A stretch of DNA of 64,000 bases from Eledone cirrhosa (lineage: Eukaryota): positions 1-64,000 of the forward strand of contig CAXHJY010000146.1 in the NCBI GenBank assembly GCA_964016885.1, in the 5' to 3' direction. The translations under genes were made by a program, and so were the position numbers. Every line of letters begins with the position of its first letter. Within the stretch, counting starts at the first letter, position 1. Under the pieces are notes generated by a model. It saw only the letters and a list, made by a program, of their open reading frames with translations, ran no database searches and had not been told where the DNA came from. Below, piece by piece: positions 39,320 through 51,955 of the stretch.

Positions 39320-40255
39320 CCTCCAAAGTGAAACTGGTGTAATATACACCTCCAACACCTCTCTTCTGATTACCAAATGCTGAAGCTGATGCATAACTGC
39401 ACCAACTCCTGCAATCCTTGCACTTAATTCAGCCTCCTGCCTTCCATCACTTGTGAACACAGCCTCGAGATACTTAAACACTCCACCTGCTTCAGTGGAA
39501 CTCCATTCACATGCATAGTGCACGCTTCCTTGAGAGAATGAGTGTCTCAGTTTTCACAGCACTGATTTTCATTCCTGCCATGGAGCACTCGGCATCAAAC
39601 CTACCAAGTGTAAGTCGAAGATTATCTTCTGACAAGTTAAGTAATACCATATCGTCTGCAAATTCCAGCCAACTGATCCTACACCTGCCAATTGTGGTAC
39701 CACTTCCAAATCGGCTGCACATGTCAACCCTGTTCATGAAAATAATTGTTTCTACTTTTGATACAAGGCCAACAATTACCCAGTACATTACTGGTACTTT
39801 ATTTTATCGACCCCATAAGGATGAAAGGCAAAGTTAACCTCGACAGGATTTGAACTCAGATCGTAAAGGGCCGTAACTCTATGCTGCAAAGCATGGCGTC
39901 CGACCCTCTACCGATACTGCCAATCCACCGCCCTTCACGAAAATAACGAACAAGAAAATTGACAGTATACACCCTTCGCAGAGTCGAACTCCCACACTGA
40001 ATGGTTTCAATTTAGCATTATTTATCCAAATGCATTCGTAAAGAGACATCAGGGCAACAAGAAGCTGACCATCGATCCCATACTCCTACAGAACGTTCTA
40101 CAGCAGGTCCTCTGGAACGTCATATGCCTTTTCGAAGTCTATAAAATAAGAATATATCTCTTAGCAAGACTCCCTCATTTTTCGAAGATCTGCCGCAGTG
40201 TGAATATTTGATCGGCTGTACTGTGTCTGGGGCAAAAACTACACTGTTCATCAGC
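39320..40255 (-). mobile_element. Degraded RTE (Expander-like) LINE fragment interrupted by a SINE
   Basis: STADQIFTLRQIFEK, DFEKAYD, LEFADDMVLL, GMKISAVKTE and FKYL..VFTSDGRQEAELSARI. Confidence 0.75.
39746..39933 (-). mobile_element. tRNA-derived SINE (family B), full length with TSD
   Basis: 13-bp TSD ttca(t/c)gaaaataa at 39733-45 and 39934-46. A and B boxes present. Confidence 0.9.
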
Positions 40256-41477
40256 TAGCTTGGACTGAACAATCTCCCTCTGGGCCTAGGGTCGGTCAGC
40301 ACATGGGCCCACATTTGCTTATAATAGTGAGAGATGGGGACAGGGAGAGGGACGGAGGCAGTGAAAATTTGGTTCCACTGTGTTCGGACCTGATGTATAT
40401 GTATAGATTTATTTACCACACTACATATAATATATATATATACACACACACATACGTACAACACTGAGGATAAATATATTTAATCTTACTTCAGCTATCA
40501 GATTGTCTGAAGGAGTCAGTATTAAAATGGTTATGGACAAATTTAATTATATTACTAAATCCCTTCAAATTCTTGATTATTCGTAAAATTATATATAGGC
40601 AGTGTCTTTCATTTAAAACATGGTAACAAAAAGCTAAAACATTTTGGAGGTGGTGGTGGTGGTGGTGGTGCTAAGACTGACTAATTTTGGTTCCAATTTT
40701 TCCCTCACTAGTGTCTTCCATGCAATTTCATATTTCAGATACTTTTATAAATCAGTTAAAGTGAAATCACTATATCACTGAGCTTAAATCAAAATCATTG
40801 ATTACTATTTGGGGAGTAATAGATGAATACCAACCTACCCACACACCAACCCTCTACAAAAAAAAAAAAGCATTCAAATGGATGGAAAGAACACCTGCTG
40901 TCATTTAGACAAAGAGGATGAACAAAATGGTTAAGATCCAGCACTGACCTCTGTTAAAGAGTCCAAACACAGAAAACAATTAAAAAAAAAAAAAAAAAAA
41001 GAATTTGATGTTAGAAGAAAGGAAAGAACTAAATGAAACCAAAATCACTTATGGATGAAAAATAGTGACTAATAAACTAAGTTAAAGGACTGAACTTAGT
41101 TAAAGGAATGAAGCTTTGTTTGTTATTGAAGGGAAGATAGCAGGTCAAATACAGTTCAAAATATTGGTTTCATCTTTTGTTAATAAAAACAAAGAAAAAA
41201 GGGACAACTGAAAATATTGCTGTTACTATACTGGTAATATTTTCAGTTTAAATAAAACAGCATTCTAGGAACTTTAGCTCAAAGTAGTAGACATTTATAA
41301 ATATCTGAAGTGGTTGTGTAATTCCAGGTCAGCTGTGATCAAGTAGATCTATAGCACATAAGTAGTCTAATGTTGTAGTTGAGTGTAGTTGTTGCTGCTG
41401 CTGTTGCCGAATCCTAGGTCTGATCTGACTGGCATTCTAGCCAGGACCATCTATCATTTTTTTTCTTCTTTTTTTTT

Positions 41478-41657
41478 GCCAGTATCGGTAGAGGGTCGGA
41501 CGCCATGCTTTGCAACACAGAGTTACGTCCTTTTATAGACCGAGTTCAAATCCCGCCGAGGTTAACTTTACTTTTCATCCTTATGGGATCGATAAAATAA
41601 AGTACCAGTAATGTACTGGGTAATTGCTGGCCTTGTGCCAAAAGTAGAAACAATTAT
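41478..41657 (+). mobile_element. tRNA-derived SINE (family B)
   Basis: cagtatcggtagagggtcgg...gagttcaaatcccgccgagg...gtgccaaaagtagaaacaatt. Confidence 0.85.
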
Positions 41658-42091
41658 TAAGATCGTAGGGCAACAGACAGACTTTCTGAAGTATCAACCA
41701 CTTCTGGCTTCTTGGTTCCTGTACCACGGCAGAATTGGCCACCTGCAGGAACTAGAGTAATGTGAAATAAAGTGTCTCCCCCAAGAACTCAACATGCTTT
41801 CAGGAATAGAACTCGCAACCTTATGGCTATGAGCTGAACACCATAACCTCGAAGCCTTCAAAGTCCTTAATATAATATGCCCAGAAACACTGGATAATCA
41901 CAGCTGGAATGCCTATGAAAATTCAACACTTTAGGAATAGTCAAAGAAACATGCAGTTTAACACTGCATGGTGGTAAAATCTAAAAGTGATGTCTCCACA
42001 CAAAACAAGCTTTAAGTATTTCTGTGGATGTAAATAGTTTGTGGCACATAAAAAGAAAAATATGCTTGCTTCTATGTGAGATATTATTTAT

Positions 42092-42178
<87 letters not shown>

Positions 42179-42832
42179 TAAGCAAAATGAAATTTAATAT
42201 TACAAATAATTATATAAACATATTTGTAAGTGTGTGAGTGAATGAGAGAAAGAGTAAGAATTGTTTTTGTTGTTGTTATAAGCACAAATAGCAACCATAT
42301 AAATTCAATCACGTAAATTTACCGCAACGAATCTGTCGTCTTGTGCCAATGCAGAAAATTATTATAAGAACTATGAGCCAGCTTAAATACTGGGTCACTA
42401 GACTAAACACCTGAAAGTATTTATTTTATTTCTCTATACTCTGAGTTCAAATCCCACTAATAATTGCTTTTCATCTATTCAAGTTTGTTGATTCAATAAG
42501 CTATACTTCTCCTCCACAAAGGCAAGTTGTGTTGTGCTCAGTCAAAAGGAACCTTGCATGTGTCTGCTTTTTACTCTCTCTCTCTTTCATTTCAGCTGCG
42601 TTCACTTTAAATAAAGGGATAATAAATATTGCAGGAGCCCATTGGATTTATCATCAATTCACTGTACATTTGTTTTCCCGCGTTAGCCTGGATTAGACTG
42701 TGCATGAATGTATACAGCATTCATAACAAAGTGCATCAAAAGAAAATGTTTTACGGTATTTTGATCTATCTCAGCTTCCTCCCTTATTAGCCAGGTCAAT
42801 AAATAGTAAGGTACTAAGTCGATATAACTGAT

Positions 42833-43857
42833 CATCATATCTTGTCGCGCCAATGCCTTATCCATTGACGTGCAGCGTCATTTGCTTCCATCAGGTCTTG
42901 GTCGGAGCATGTGGGTCCCAGTGAGCACCCACGGAGGATGTGGGCTATGGTCTGGGAGGTTTCACTGCAGAGGCACTCAGCGCAGGTGGCCAATCCCCAC
43001 TTGTGGAGGTTGTCTCCAGTTTTGCCCGTTTTGGCTCTGGCCCTGTTTAGGGTTACCCAGTCCTTTCTGCTAAGAGATGTTCCATTGGGAGGCTTTCATT
43101 TGGGCTTGGTAAGGTCGCGTTCACTCTCCCTCCACTTTTCCAACCTGTAAGCCGCCAATTGTGCATGCTCCAGGCTATCCACGGTTAAGAAGCTTTTTCG
43201 AGATTTTAATCGTCTTCTTATTTCCTGGTGGCCATAGAGTGGATGCCTGGGATCATGTTGTTTGTACCGTTGGTAGATTCATATATGCGGATGATCTCTG
43301 CATTGTAACACAATCAGGCTCCTTTGACACTATCGAGGAAAGACTATCAAATGCCCTGACAACTCTCTCTGCATACTACAAAAAATGGTACCTTAACGCT
43401 AATGCCAGCAAAACGCAGGTGTATGCCTTCCATCTTAACAACCACCAAGCAAACAGGAAACTAAAGATCAGATGGGGCAACAATGAACTGGAAAACCACT
43501 CTCATCCAGTTTACCTCGGAGTTGCCCTTGATAGAACGCTCTCCTTCAAACAACACATAGACAAACTTAAAAGTAAACTGGCAACTAGAAATAATCTCCT
43601 CAGCAAACTAACCAACACCAGCTGGGGTGCAGATCCCATAACACTGAGGCAAACAGCACTGGCACTGCTACTCCACCGCAGAATATTGTTCACCAGTATG
43701 GGCAAGGTCGTGCCATGGCAACAGAGTCGACCCAGAGTTGAACAAATCATGCCGGATGATCACCGGAACATTAAAAGCAACTCCCCTTCCAGCCGTATAC
43801 ACTCTTGCCAGCATTCCACCGCCCCACATACGACGAGAGGTCAACGCAAAAACTGAA
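42833..43857 (-). mobile_element. Vingi/Ingi-like LINE with 5' inversion and 13-bp TSD
   Basis: 3' part on minus (RYKQHDPRHPLYGH..RLKSRKSF..WVTLNRAR..; (GAT)n tail at 42833). 5' part inverted on plus (YADD..FHLNN..YLGVALDRTLSF..RNNLLSKL..WGA). TSD cgatataactgat at 42820-32 and 43858-70. Confidence 0.85.
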
Positions 43858-43904
43858 CGATATAACTGATTAGAACTCTTGAAGGTATGACCACAGTTCA
43901 ATGG

Positions 43905-44842
43905 TTGAAACCAGTAAAAGAATATGTCAAATTTTTATTCTAAGGTACTGTCTAATTAGATGAGATACAGTTTGGTTTCATGCCTCGGAAAAGTACTACA
44001 GATGCCCTCTTCTTAGAGGCAACTACAAGAAGTTGCTAGCCAAGAATAAGCCACTATATTTAGCTTTTGTTGATCTAGAAACGGCCTTTGACAGAGTATC
44101 TCAATCCATTATCTGGTGGATAAACTCTATACAATGTACACAAAGTAAATCTTGGGTGCACAAGAGATGTGGTGGGATAATGAGTAGACTTAACAGGAAA
44201 GGATGACTCTAGATGTAGAATATGCACAGTTGTAATCGAGGGGAAGAGCGTCAGTGATATAAACCTTTTCAAGTCACAGGAAGGGTCCAGAGAAGTGGTT
44301 GGTAGCTTCTGCTATCTAGTTGACTTAATTAGCAGCAGAGGAGGGTATGCTGAGAGTATAATAGCTAGAATAAGGATAGGATGGAAGAAGTTTAGAGAAC
44401 TACTCCCACTGTTGACAACAAAAGGTTTCTCCCTCCATACAAAAGGACAGCTATGTGAAGTGTAATGCTGCATAATAGTGAAACATGGACTGTGACTGCA
44501 GAGGACATGCATAGGCTAGAGAGAAAGGCAGAGCTTGGATGAACTGAGGGAAAAACTGGGTTTAAGAGGAATCTGAAGTGGTGTGCAAGAGAGAAGACTT
44601 CATTGGTATGGACATGAGATGTGCATGGATGATGATAATAGCTGGGTGAAGAAGTGCCAGTGGAAGTAGAAATAGACCGAGAAAGAACTGGTGAGAGCCG
44701 ACCTGAAATCGCTAAAACTCACAAAAATGATGAAAAAGTGCGGCGAGTGGAGAAATGTTGTACTAAGAAGGACCCGTCCAACACATGCAAGCTTGGGAAA
44801 AAGGAAGAAAAAAACGATGATGATGATGATGATGATGATGAT
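43905..44842 (+). mobile_element. Degraded, internally deleted RTE LINE
   Basis: QFGF, KPLYLAFVDLETAFD, WVHKRC, GWKKFRELLPLL and VQERRLHWYG, with a long (GAT)n tail. Confidence 0.8.
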
Positions 44843-44989
44843 CTAACAATCTGTCCTTAAGAACCTTAATTTTTTTCTTTTTCCAGTTATGTAAGTTTGT
44901 AACCATACATTAACAAACCACAAGATTACTGATTCAAGCCCTGTCACTTGTAGGCTGTTTGTACAACTAAAATTCTTGACTATTATACA

Positions 44990-47520
44990 TCCCAGTCACC
45001 TAGTTGTAAATAGCTTCAACAACACCATATAATTGTTTTGATGGCTTGCAGCATTGAATTTATCTTTTCCTGTGGATACAACCAATGAAGGATGGGTTCT
45101 GCCAAGCTAACTTACCCTAGATATAAACTACATGTAGACAGTCTTTAGTGGTGCCCAAATGACTTAGTAAAAGTGATAGATCAATAGTGGACATGTTAAG
45201 AGTTTGTCCTTCTTGAGAATGAGATATGCTGCAACAGGTTCCTGAAAATCAAGATAAATCTCTGTAGAGCAGGGGCTCCCACCCTTTTTTGTGTCATCAC
45301 CCACTTTCACATAGAGAAATTTTCCACCACCCATCTATATAGTAAATATTCAAAAACATAGTTGTTAAAAGTTTGTTACTTGTTTGTAAACTGACTTTTT
45401 ATGATGTAGTAAAAATATAATGTAATAACAAATAACATTGACTTATGTGGCTGCTGCTGCTACTACTAACATATTAAAGATCATATAAAAGCAAACTTGA
45501 CCATTTGAAAACTGTGTTTTATTAAATTTAATTATAAATGATATAATTTAATTTTATTGTCAAGGTTAGTTTTATAGTTAGCGTGAGCACTGCAAGTGAT
45601 GACAAAAAATTTAAACAATTTTTGCTCATAATTATACACACTACTAGCAACTAATAAAAATTCAGTAAATATTTTTTGTTATGATGCCTAATATTTTTTC
45701 GGTGTTATTTTACTTTCACACCTGCAAAACATATATAACCACTGTTGAAATTACTCGATGCTAAAAACAGTACACAAACAACTTTTGTGTGCTGTTCTAA
45801 TAACATCAAGTGAGCGAGTATGTGGAAAATTCATGAAAGAAAAAACAGAGCCACAGGTGCAAAAGTGAAATAGCATCTACTGTTTCTACAACAAATGAAT
45901 TCATGTAAATAACTTACCTAAAACTAAACTATATCATTTATAATTAAATTTATTAAAATACAATTTTAAAGCATCAAAATCTACTCAAGGTAATGTTTTT
46001 ATGCACAGAAGACATAAATAGAAAAAATACAATTTTACAGACAAAGTTGTTCTTGGTCTTCCCTTATCTGATTTATATCCAGAAAAAAATATCTGAAAAA
46101 CGATTTGAATGTTAAAATGACCCTTCTCAAAACTAATCATAATAAAAATACTAAAATGTTCCTTGTTTGCGGGGATGTATAGATGTATATATCTTATGTG
46201 GGAATGTGGCCCAGTTATTATCATTTAGTCTCCAGTTTTTCCCCCGTTTTTTTTTTGGAGGGGGGGGGGGGGGGGGGTCCCCAAAGGTTCTTTGTATATC
46301 CCCCTTTTTTTCGGGAACCTTCTAAATACTCAAAATCCTATGTTGCCCACCAAAATTTCCAATCGCCCAACATTTTCTGTTCAGTTGGTCATTGCCTACC
46401 TAACAGTTGAAATTGCCAACGTTGGGAAATCCTGTTGTAGAGGAGAGAAATATTGAAGAGATTGGCAAGGGCAGAGGTTAACTTTGAGGGTCATTGTTTG
46501 AGGTTAATGGAAAGGACATTATCAGGATCTGTGACCTAGTTTATTTGAAGCAACTAGAGATTCTTTCAGACTTGGCATCTTTATTATGTATGCAGTGACG
46601 AGCCTAGTGGATTGGAGAGAGACAGCTTTTGAGATTTTTCTAGTATGTGTAATGTGGATCTGGATACAAAGGTGTAATGCTTACAGAACTATCATGGTTG
46701 AGAAGAGGAGGGAAGAAGAATTACAAGTTAATAAAAATGCTTTTGGCAATGAAAAGTGGAAGAGCTTGCAGACTGTGCAATATATGTAAGCATTCTTCAT
46801 ATTTCAAACGATCTTCTTTACAGGAATTGCTGTGGTGAGAAAAAGTTGTCTAATTTGTAATAGCAGGTGATTTTCTCCAAGCCACTATAGACTACATTCT
46901 TTGCCAGTGCAGCTAGGATGATTTGGAGTTATAAATTTTGGTTTTTGTAAGTTGTAGAGAGACATGTCTAAGACAATGGCTTCAGTCACTTGCTTAGATG
47001 TTCAATGGGTTAGAAGTGAAGCCCATGCACTATCATGGTTAGTTACCATAGAACTCTAACCAGCCAGCCAACCGTCTTGAAATGCTGCAGGGTTCGATGT
47101 GGGAGGAATGTTGCATAGTAAGTGGATTTATAATGGGTAGTTGAGATAAGGCAATTTCAACACTGAGATGGTAAGTTTGGAAGTGAGAAAGATCAACAAT
47201 GTTTCAAGTGTCTGCATGTCAGTCAGGGATGCCAGTATAGATAGGATGAAACTAATTTTAACATATTTTTGAAAGGTTAATCCAATATGCCAGGCAATTT
47301 TTTTTTTTTTTTGCGGTAGTTTGAATTAAGATCTTTACTATAAGTACAGCATCTGCCAAAGGGGAAATAGAGAAATAAGAGAGAATGACTGTCAAGAGTT
47401 CCACCATGTTGATGTTTACTTTCTACTTTGCTTTTTCATTTCTTGAAAGAGTTATTCTCCTCTGAATTAGATTATTACATTGCTAAGACGGTAATTTAGG
47501 AATATGAAATACAAATTATT
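44990..47520 (-). mobile_element. Very degraded CR1/Jockey-group LINE interrupted by a hAT element
   Basis: Weak remnants only (IPD..ADT.NI.DL, DPDN.., EIYLDF) in broken frames. Confidence 0.35.
45270..46434. mobile_element. Non-autonomous hAT (Charlie-like) DNA transposon
   Basis: TIRs caggggctccccac / gttgggaaatcctg. 8-bp TSD ctgtagag (45262-69) and ttgtagag (46435-42). Confidence 0.75.
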
Positions 47521-48169
47521 ATTTTAGTAAACAAAACTGGCTTACTTTAAATTTTCTTCTAAACTATAGATTGTTTTAGCTATAATTGGACTAAAATATG
47601 TACAAATCTGATCTCATCAAATTTACTCTCTAGTAGTAAATTTACCTCAGACTTGGGAACCCTTGCAAATACTTCCAAGGTCCAATATACTTTAAATTAA
47701 GCAAATTACCATAATTAAATTAAGTTAATGGGGGATTTATTTTTGTTAGAGTCTAAATAATATACTTGGCATTTTATTTCTCTATTTTGATGAATTAAAC
47801 TTGTTAAACAACAATTGAGCTTAATTTATTTCAAATTTCTCATAAATAAAAACAGTTGAACAAATCAAATTATTACAAATATTTTATAAACACAATAATT
47901 CTAACCTTATAATTCTAACATTTTATTGTATACACTTTTATTGTGCATAATTTCTACTTTAACCTTATGCAGTGAATCAAAACTATAACTGAAATAAGTT
48001 TAGATTGATAAAAGTCATACTTTCCACATTAGGATACATTATAAGGAGGGAATATTTAATTGCTGTATCTTAGTCTCTTAAGTAACATTATACAACTGAG
48101 TTTTAACATCACTATGGTAATGAATATAAGTAGGTAAAGTCATCTGATATGTTTAGGATGAGTATGTGT

Positions 48170-48635
48170 GTATATGTGTGACGTCTACCTCCAACTAACT
48201 TACCCTTCACCGCTTGGTCCTGGCAGACAAGATGGCGAATACATTGCCTTGGAGGACAGCAAGGAAGACACGCTGAAACAGCCACTCCACCCCGATAGCA
48301 GTGAGCAGGGATGTGACCGAAAGTTTCCACTGCTGCAGGTCCTACCACAAACCTATCAGATACTTGGACAGTTTGCCCTCTTCGACCTGGTGGTCGAACA
48401 CACCAGATTGCCACTAGAGATGCCACAGCATCTAATATCCCAGATGAGAGGCCTACCCTCGCAAATGGGAAGATTGTTATACTGTCTGGCATTTGCTGCC
48501 CCCTCAGTCCAGCCCCGCTGCTCGAGCTGGGAAGGGAAGCCTGCACTGTCCAGGCCATACTTTATGATCTTGTTGAGAGCAACATAGTTTTGGAGGCGGC
48601 CAGCACTGTGATGTGTAGAGACTGAAGGGATCCAC
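48170..48635 (-). mobile_element. CRE-like non-LTR retrotransposon endonuclease fragment
   Basis: Across frames: SAGR...LN.IIKYGLDSAGFPSQLE..GL..MPDSITIFPF..G.PLIWD and AVETFG. GC-richer than its flanks. Confidence 0.6.
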
Positions 48636-49172
48636 AGTAAGTTTGGATTAAAATAAAATAAGGATCTTTATAAAAACATCCATCCATTATCTTGCACTAA
48701 TTTCATCCAGCCTGAGCACGTGCACACAGACTCCTGCTTGCCATTCAAATTTAAAATTTCAGTGCTAGATTACTTAACATACCATGATGTAGATTCCACT
48801 GTGATCGAGAGGATAGTGTTTTAACCCTTTCAATACCAACCCACCCATTTTAAATGGATTTAAATTAAAATCTAACATAATTTTATATAAAACCTTTTGT
48901 TATGTTAGAAATATCATCTTAATAATTGAAATAATGTTAATAAATCCCTCCAAATTCTTCAGTAATTAAAGTTTAAACAGTGTTAAAAGGTCAGAAGACA
49001 GATACAAAGTCACACTTTCTAAGCTTTTTGGCCAGCTTGCTTCTACAAAACGTATCTGACAATGATACACACACACATATCGGAGTACAATCTATGGAGT
49101 TTTATCTAAATCATTTAAATGTACAATATTTCAACTTAATAACAAAGGCGAGAAGTACATTTAATTGAAATA

Positions 49173-49759
49173 CAGTAATCCCCCGTTCATCGTGGGGATA
49201 CATTCCTGAACCAACCGCAATCGATAAATGAAAATTCACGATATAGAGAGACCATAAAGATAACCATTGTTTTCATAGTTTAAGCCTTAAAATACCTCTC
49301 CAACACGCTTTAAGAACATATAAACTCATTAAAACACACTTTTGTATCTAAACACCAAAAACAGTAACGATCGTATAGAAACTATCACCCACGATCATCG
49401 TAACTCTAGTTACCAATGACGACCATTACCAGCTACGTTAGCTGTTTGGTAATACACTGCACATCTCCCATCAATCTATGAAGGGTTTGTAATAGATTAG
49501 AGAAAAACACAATCAGTAAAACAGTAATGGAATGAAAAATAAAAACATTTTTTTATAGTTAAAGCCCCTTTCTTACGCTATACACTTCAACCACATCAAA
49601 ACTTAAGTTTAAATTCTAAACACTTTTTATTCAAACGTACGTGCCACGATAAGAAAATAGATATGTTCTAATGAAAAATCTGTGATGAAGCAAGGATTAT
49701 CGCGATAAGAAATTAGATACGTTCCAAAGAAAAATCCGCGATATAGTAGGGGATTACTG
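49173..49759. mobile_element. pogo/Tigger-type MITE
   Basis: TA-flanked TIRs cagtaatcccc / ggggattactg, with a duplicated subterminal block near the right end. Confidence 0.78.
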
Positions 49760-50117
49760 TATTTCATTTCTCTATCTGCTTTAACTCTTTTGATACCAAA
49801 CAGCCTTGAACTGTCCCAAAAAATGTGGGAAGAAAATGAATGAAATTTACAGTTCCCACCTATGCAAGTTTAGCTGGCCTTCTACAAGATTACATCTCAT
49901 AAGCAGATTCTCAGGTGTTTCAATGATAGGGGCTCAAATCCTATCATGGAAAGTGACACAAATGAAATGAAATGTCTTGCTCAAGTATATAACATGCCAC
50001 CCGGTCTACGAATTGAGCCCAGAATCTTCTGATTGTCAGTGCAACTCTTAAACCCTAGGCCACATCCCTGGTTCTACAATTAAAAACTGTCTGTTTTAAA
50101 GTCTTTATATATATATA

Positions 50118-51955
50118 TCATCATCACCGTTTTACGTCCGTTCTTCCGCGCTAGCATGGGTTAGACGGGTTGTCCTGTTGTGGGCAGTGTCTGGTCGGCT
50201 GACCATGCCTTGCTCATATGGGAACTGATTCTGGCTTGATTTCTACAGCTGGATCCCCTTCCTAACAGCAACCCGATTTACAGTGTGGGCTGGGTGCTTT
50301 TTTGCCGTGGTACCTCCATGACCACTTTGCAGAGGGAGGGTGTGGGGGCATATTGTCTATACGTTTCAGCTTCGGCTTGTACCCGTGGGGGGGGGGTCGG
50401 GTCTTCTGTATTACTGCGCGACGCCAGAGGTCACGATCATGTGCCATCGCCTTTGAGGTGTGTAATTGGGTAAGGTCGGCTTTTATCACCTCATCCCAGG
50501 TCATCTTGGGTCTCCCCACTCCGCGGTTTCCATCGACTTCTAGTGCTCTGCACCTTTTTATGCAGCTGTCATCCTTCATACGCATCACATGTCCATACCA
50601 ACGCAACCGCCTCTCCTGCACAGAGCATTTGATTCCTCTTATGCTCAGTCTCTCTCTCAATTCATTTATGCTTTGCCGTTCGCGTATATTACTATTACAC
50701 ATCCATCGCAGCATGCAGGCTTCATTTCTTTCTAATCTACGCAAGTCTTCCACAGACAGCGCCCAGGTCTCACTACCATGTTACATTGCTGTTCGTATAC
50801 ACGCATCATACAGTCTGCCTTTCATTCTGAGGGAGAAGCCTTTTGCAGCTAGCAGTGGCAGTAGCTCCCTGAACGTCTTCCATCACGTTCTTACTCTAGT
50901 TATTGTACTTTCCGAACACCCACCTCCGCTGCTAATTCGGTCACCTAGGTAGCAGAAGCTGTCTACTGTTTCTACAGAGCCCTCTCAGAGTTTGGTGGTA
51001 CTTGTTTCTTGTGGCTGTTTGCTGCTTGCTGTCCCAGCACAGCTGCTACATGTGAAGCCTACATTCTTAGTTAAGCTTCCTGAGATCCCGCTACATCTCT
51101 TGTGTACCCATTATTTGCATTTGGGGCAGAGAATGGAGTTCCTACCTACACCTTTCCTACATTCTGAGCAAGACCATTTCCCTGAGGGGATCTGGATTCT
51201 GTTTTCTCGTCTACTTACAAGGACCTTAGTCTTTATCAGGTCGACCCTATCTCTCTAGTCCCTGCTTCCAAGTTTGGAATTTCTTCTCTAGTTCTACCAT
51301 AGATTCAGTTATAAATGCAAGGTCATCTGCATACAGGAGTTCCCATGGGCATCCAGCCTTGAACTCCTCCGTTATTGCCTGCAGAACTATGATGAACAGG
51401 AGAGGGCTAAGAACAGAGCCCTGGGGGACACCGACCTGTATGCTAAATTCCTCGCTATAGTCATTGCTAATCCTAACTTTCCTTTCTGCTCCCCTATACA
51501 TGGCATGTACAGCTTTCACAAGCCATTCATCTACTCTTAGTTTTCTAAGAGCCCACCAGATTATAGCACGGGAACTCTGTCAAAGGCTTTCTCGAGATTG
51601 ACGAATGCCAGGTAGAACGGCTTATTTTTAGCTAGGTACTTTTCCTGTAACTGCCCCACAAGGAAGAGGGCATCGCCTCTTCCTGGCACAAACCCAAATT
51701 GCATATCATCTAGTTTCACCCGGTCACTAATCAACTGTGCTATAACTCTTTCTGTTACTTTCATGACCTGGTCCATCAGCTTTTTACCTCTATAGTTTCC
51801 TCTATCTAGTGCATCACCTTTGCCTTTGTAGCAGTTGACAATGATGCTACTGCACCAATCCTTTGGTATGACACCTAATATTACCTGGTTAACAATACGT
51901 GTGGTTATGGTGTGACCTACCGACCCAAATGATTTCAGCATACGGCAGCTATACT
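50118..51955 (-). mobile_element. RTE-clade LINE, 5'-truncated, frameshifted
   Basis: ORFs 51561..51941, 51247..51519 and 50262..50753 carry RT motifs. Close sister of 55974..58298. Sits in a TA run inside a family-B MITE. Confidence 0.92.

Noticed and set aside
46245-46315. Long G, C and T homopolymers (also at 32352 and 36832) as G-quadruplex elements
   Set aside because: They are single runs whose lengths are likely unreliable in the assembly, with no further support.
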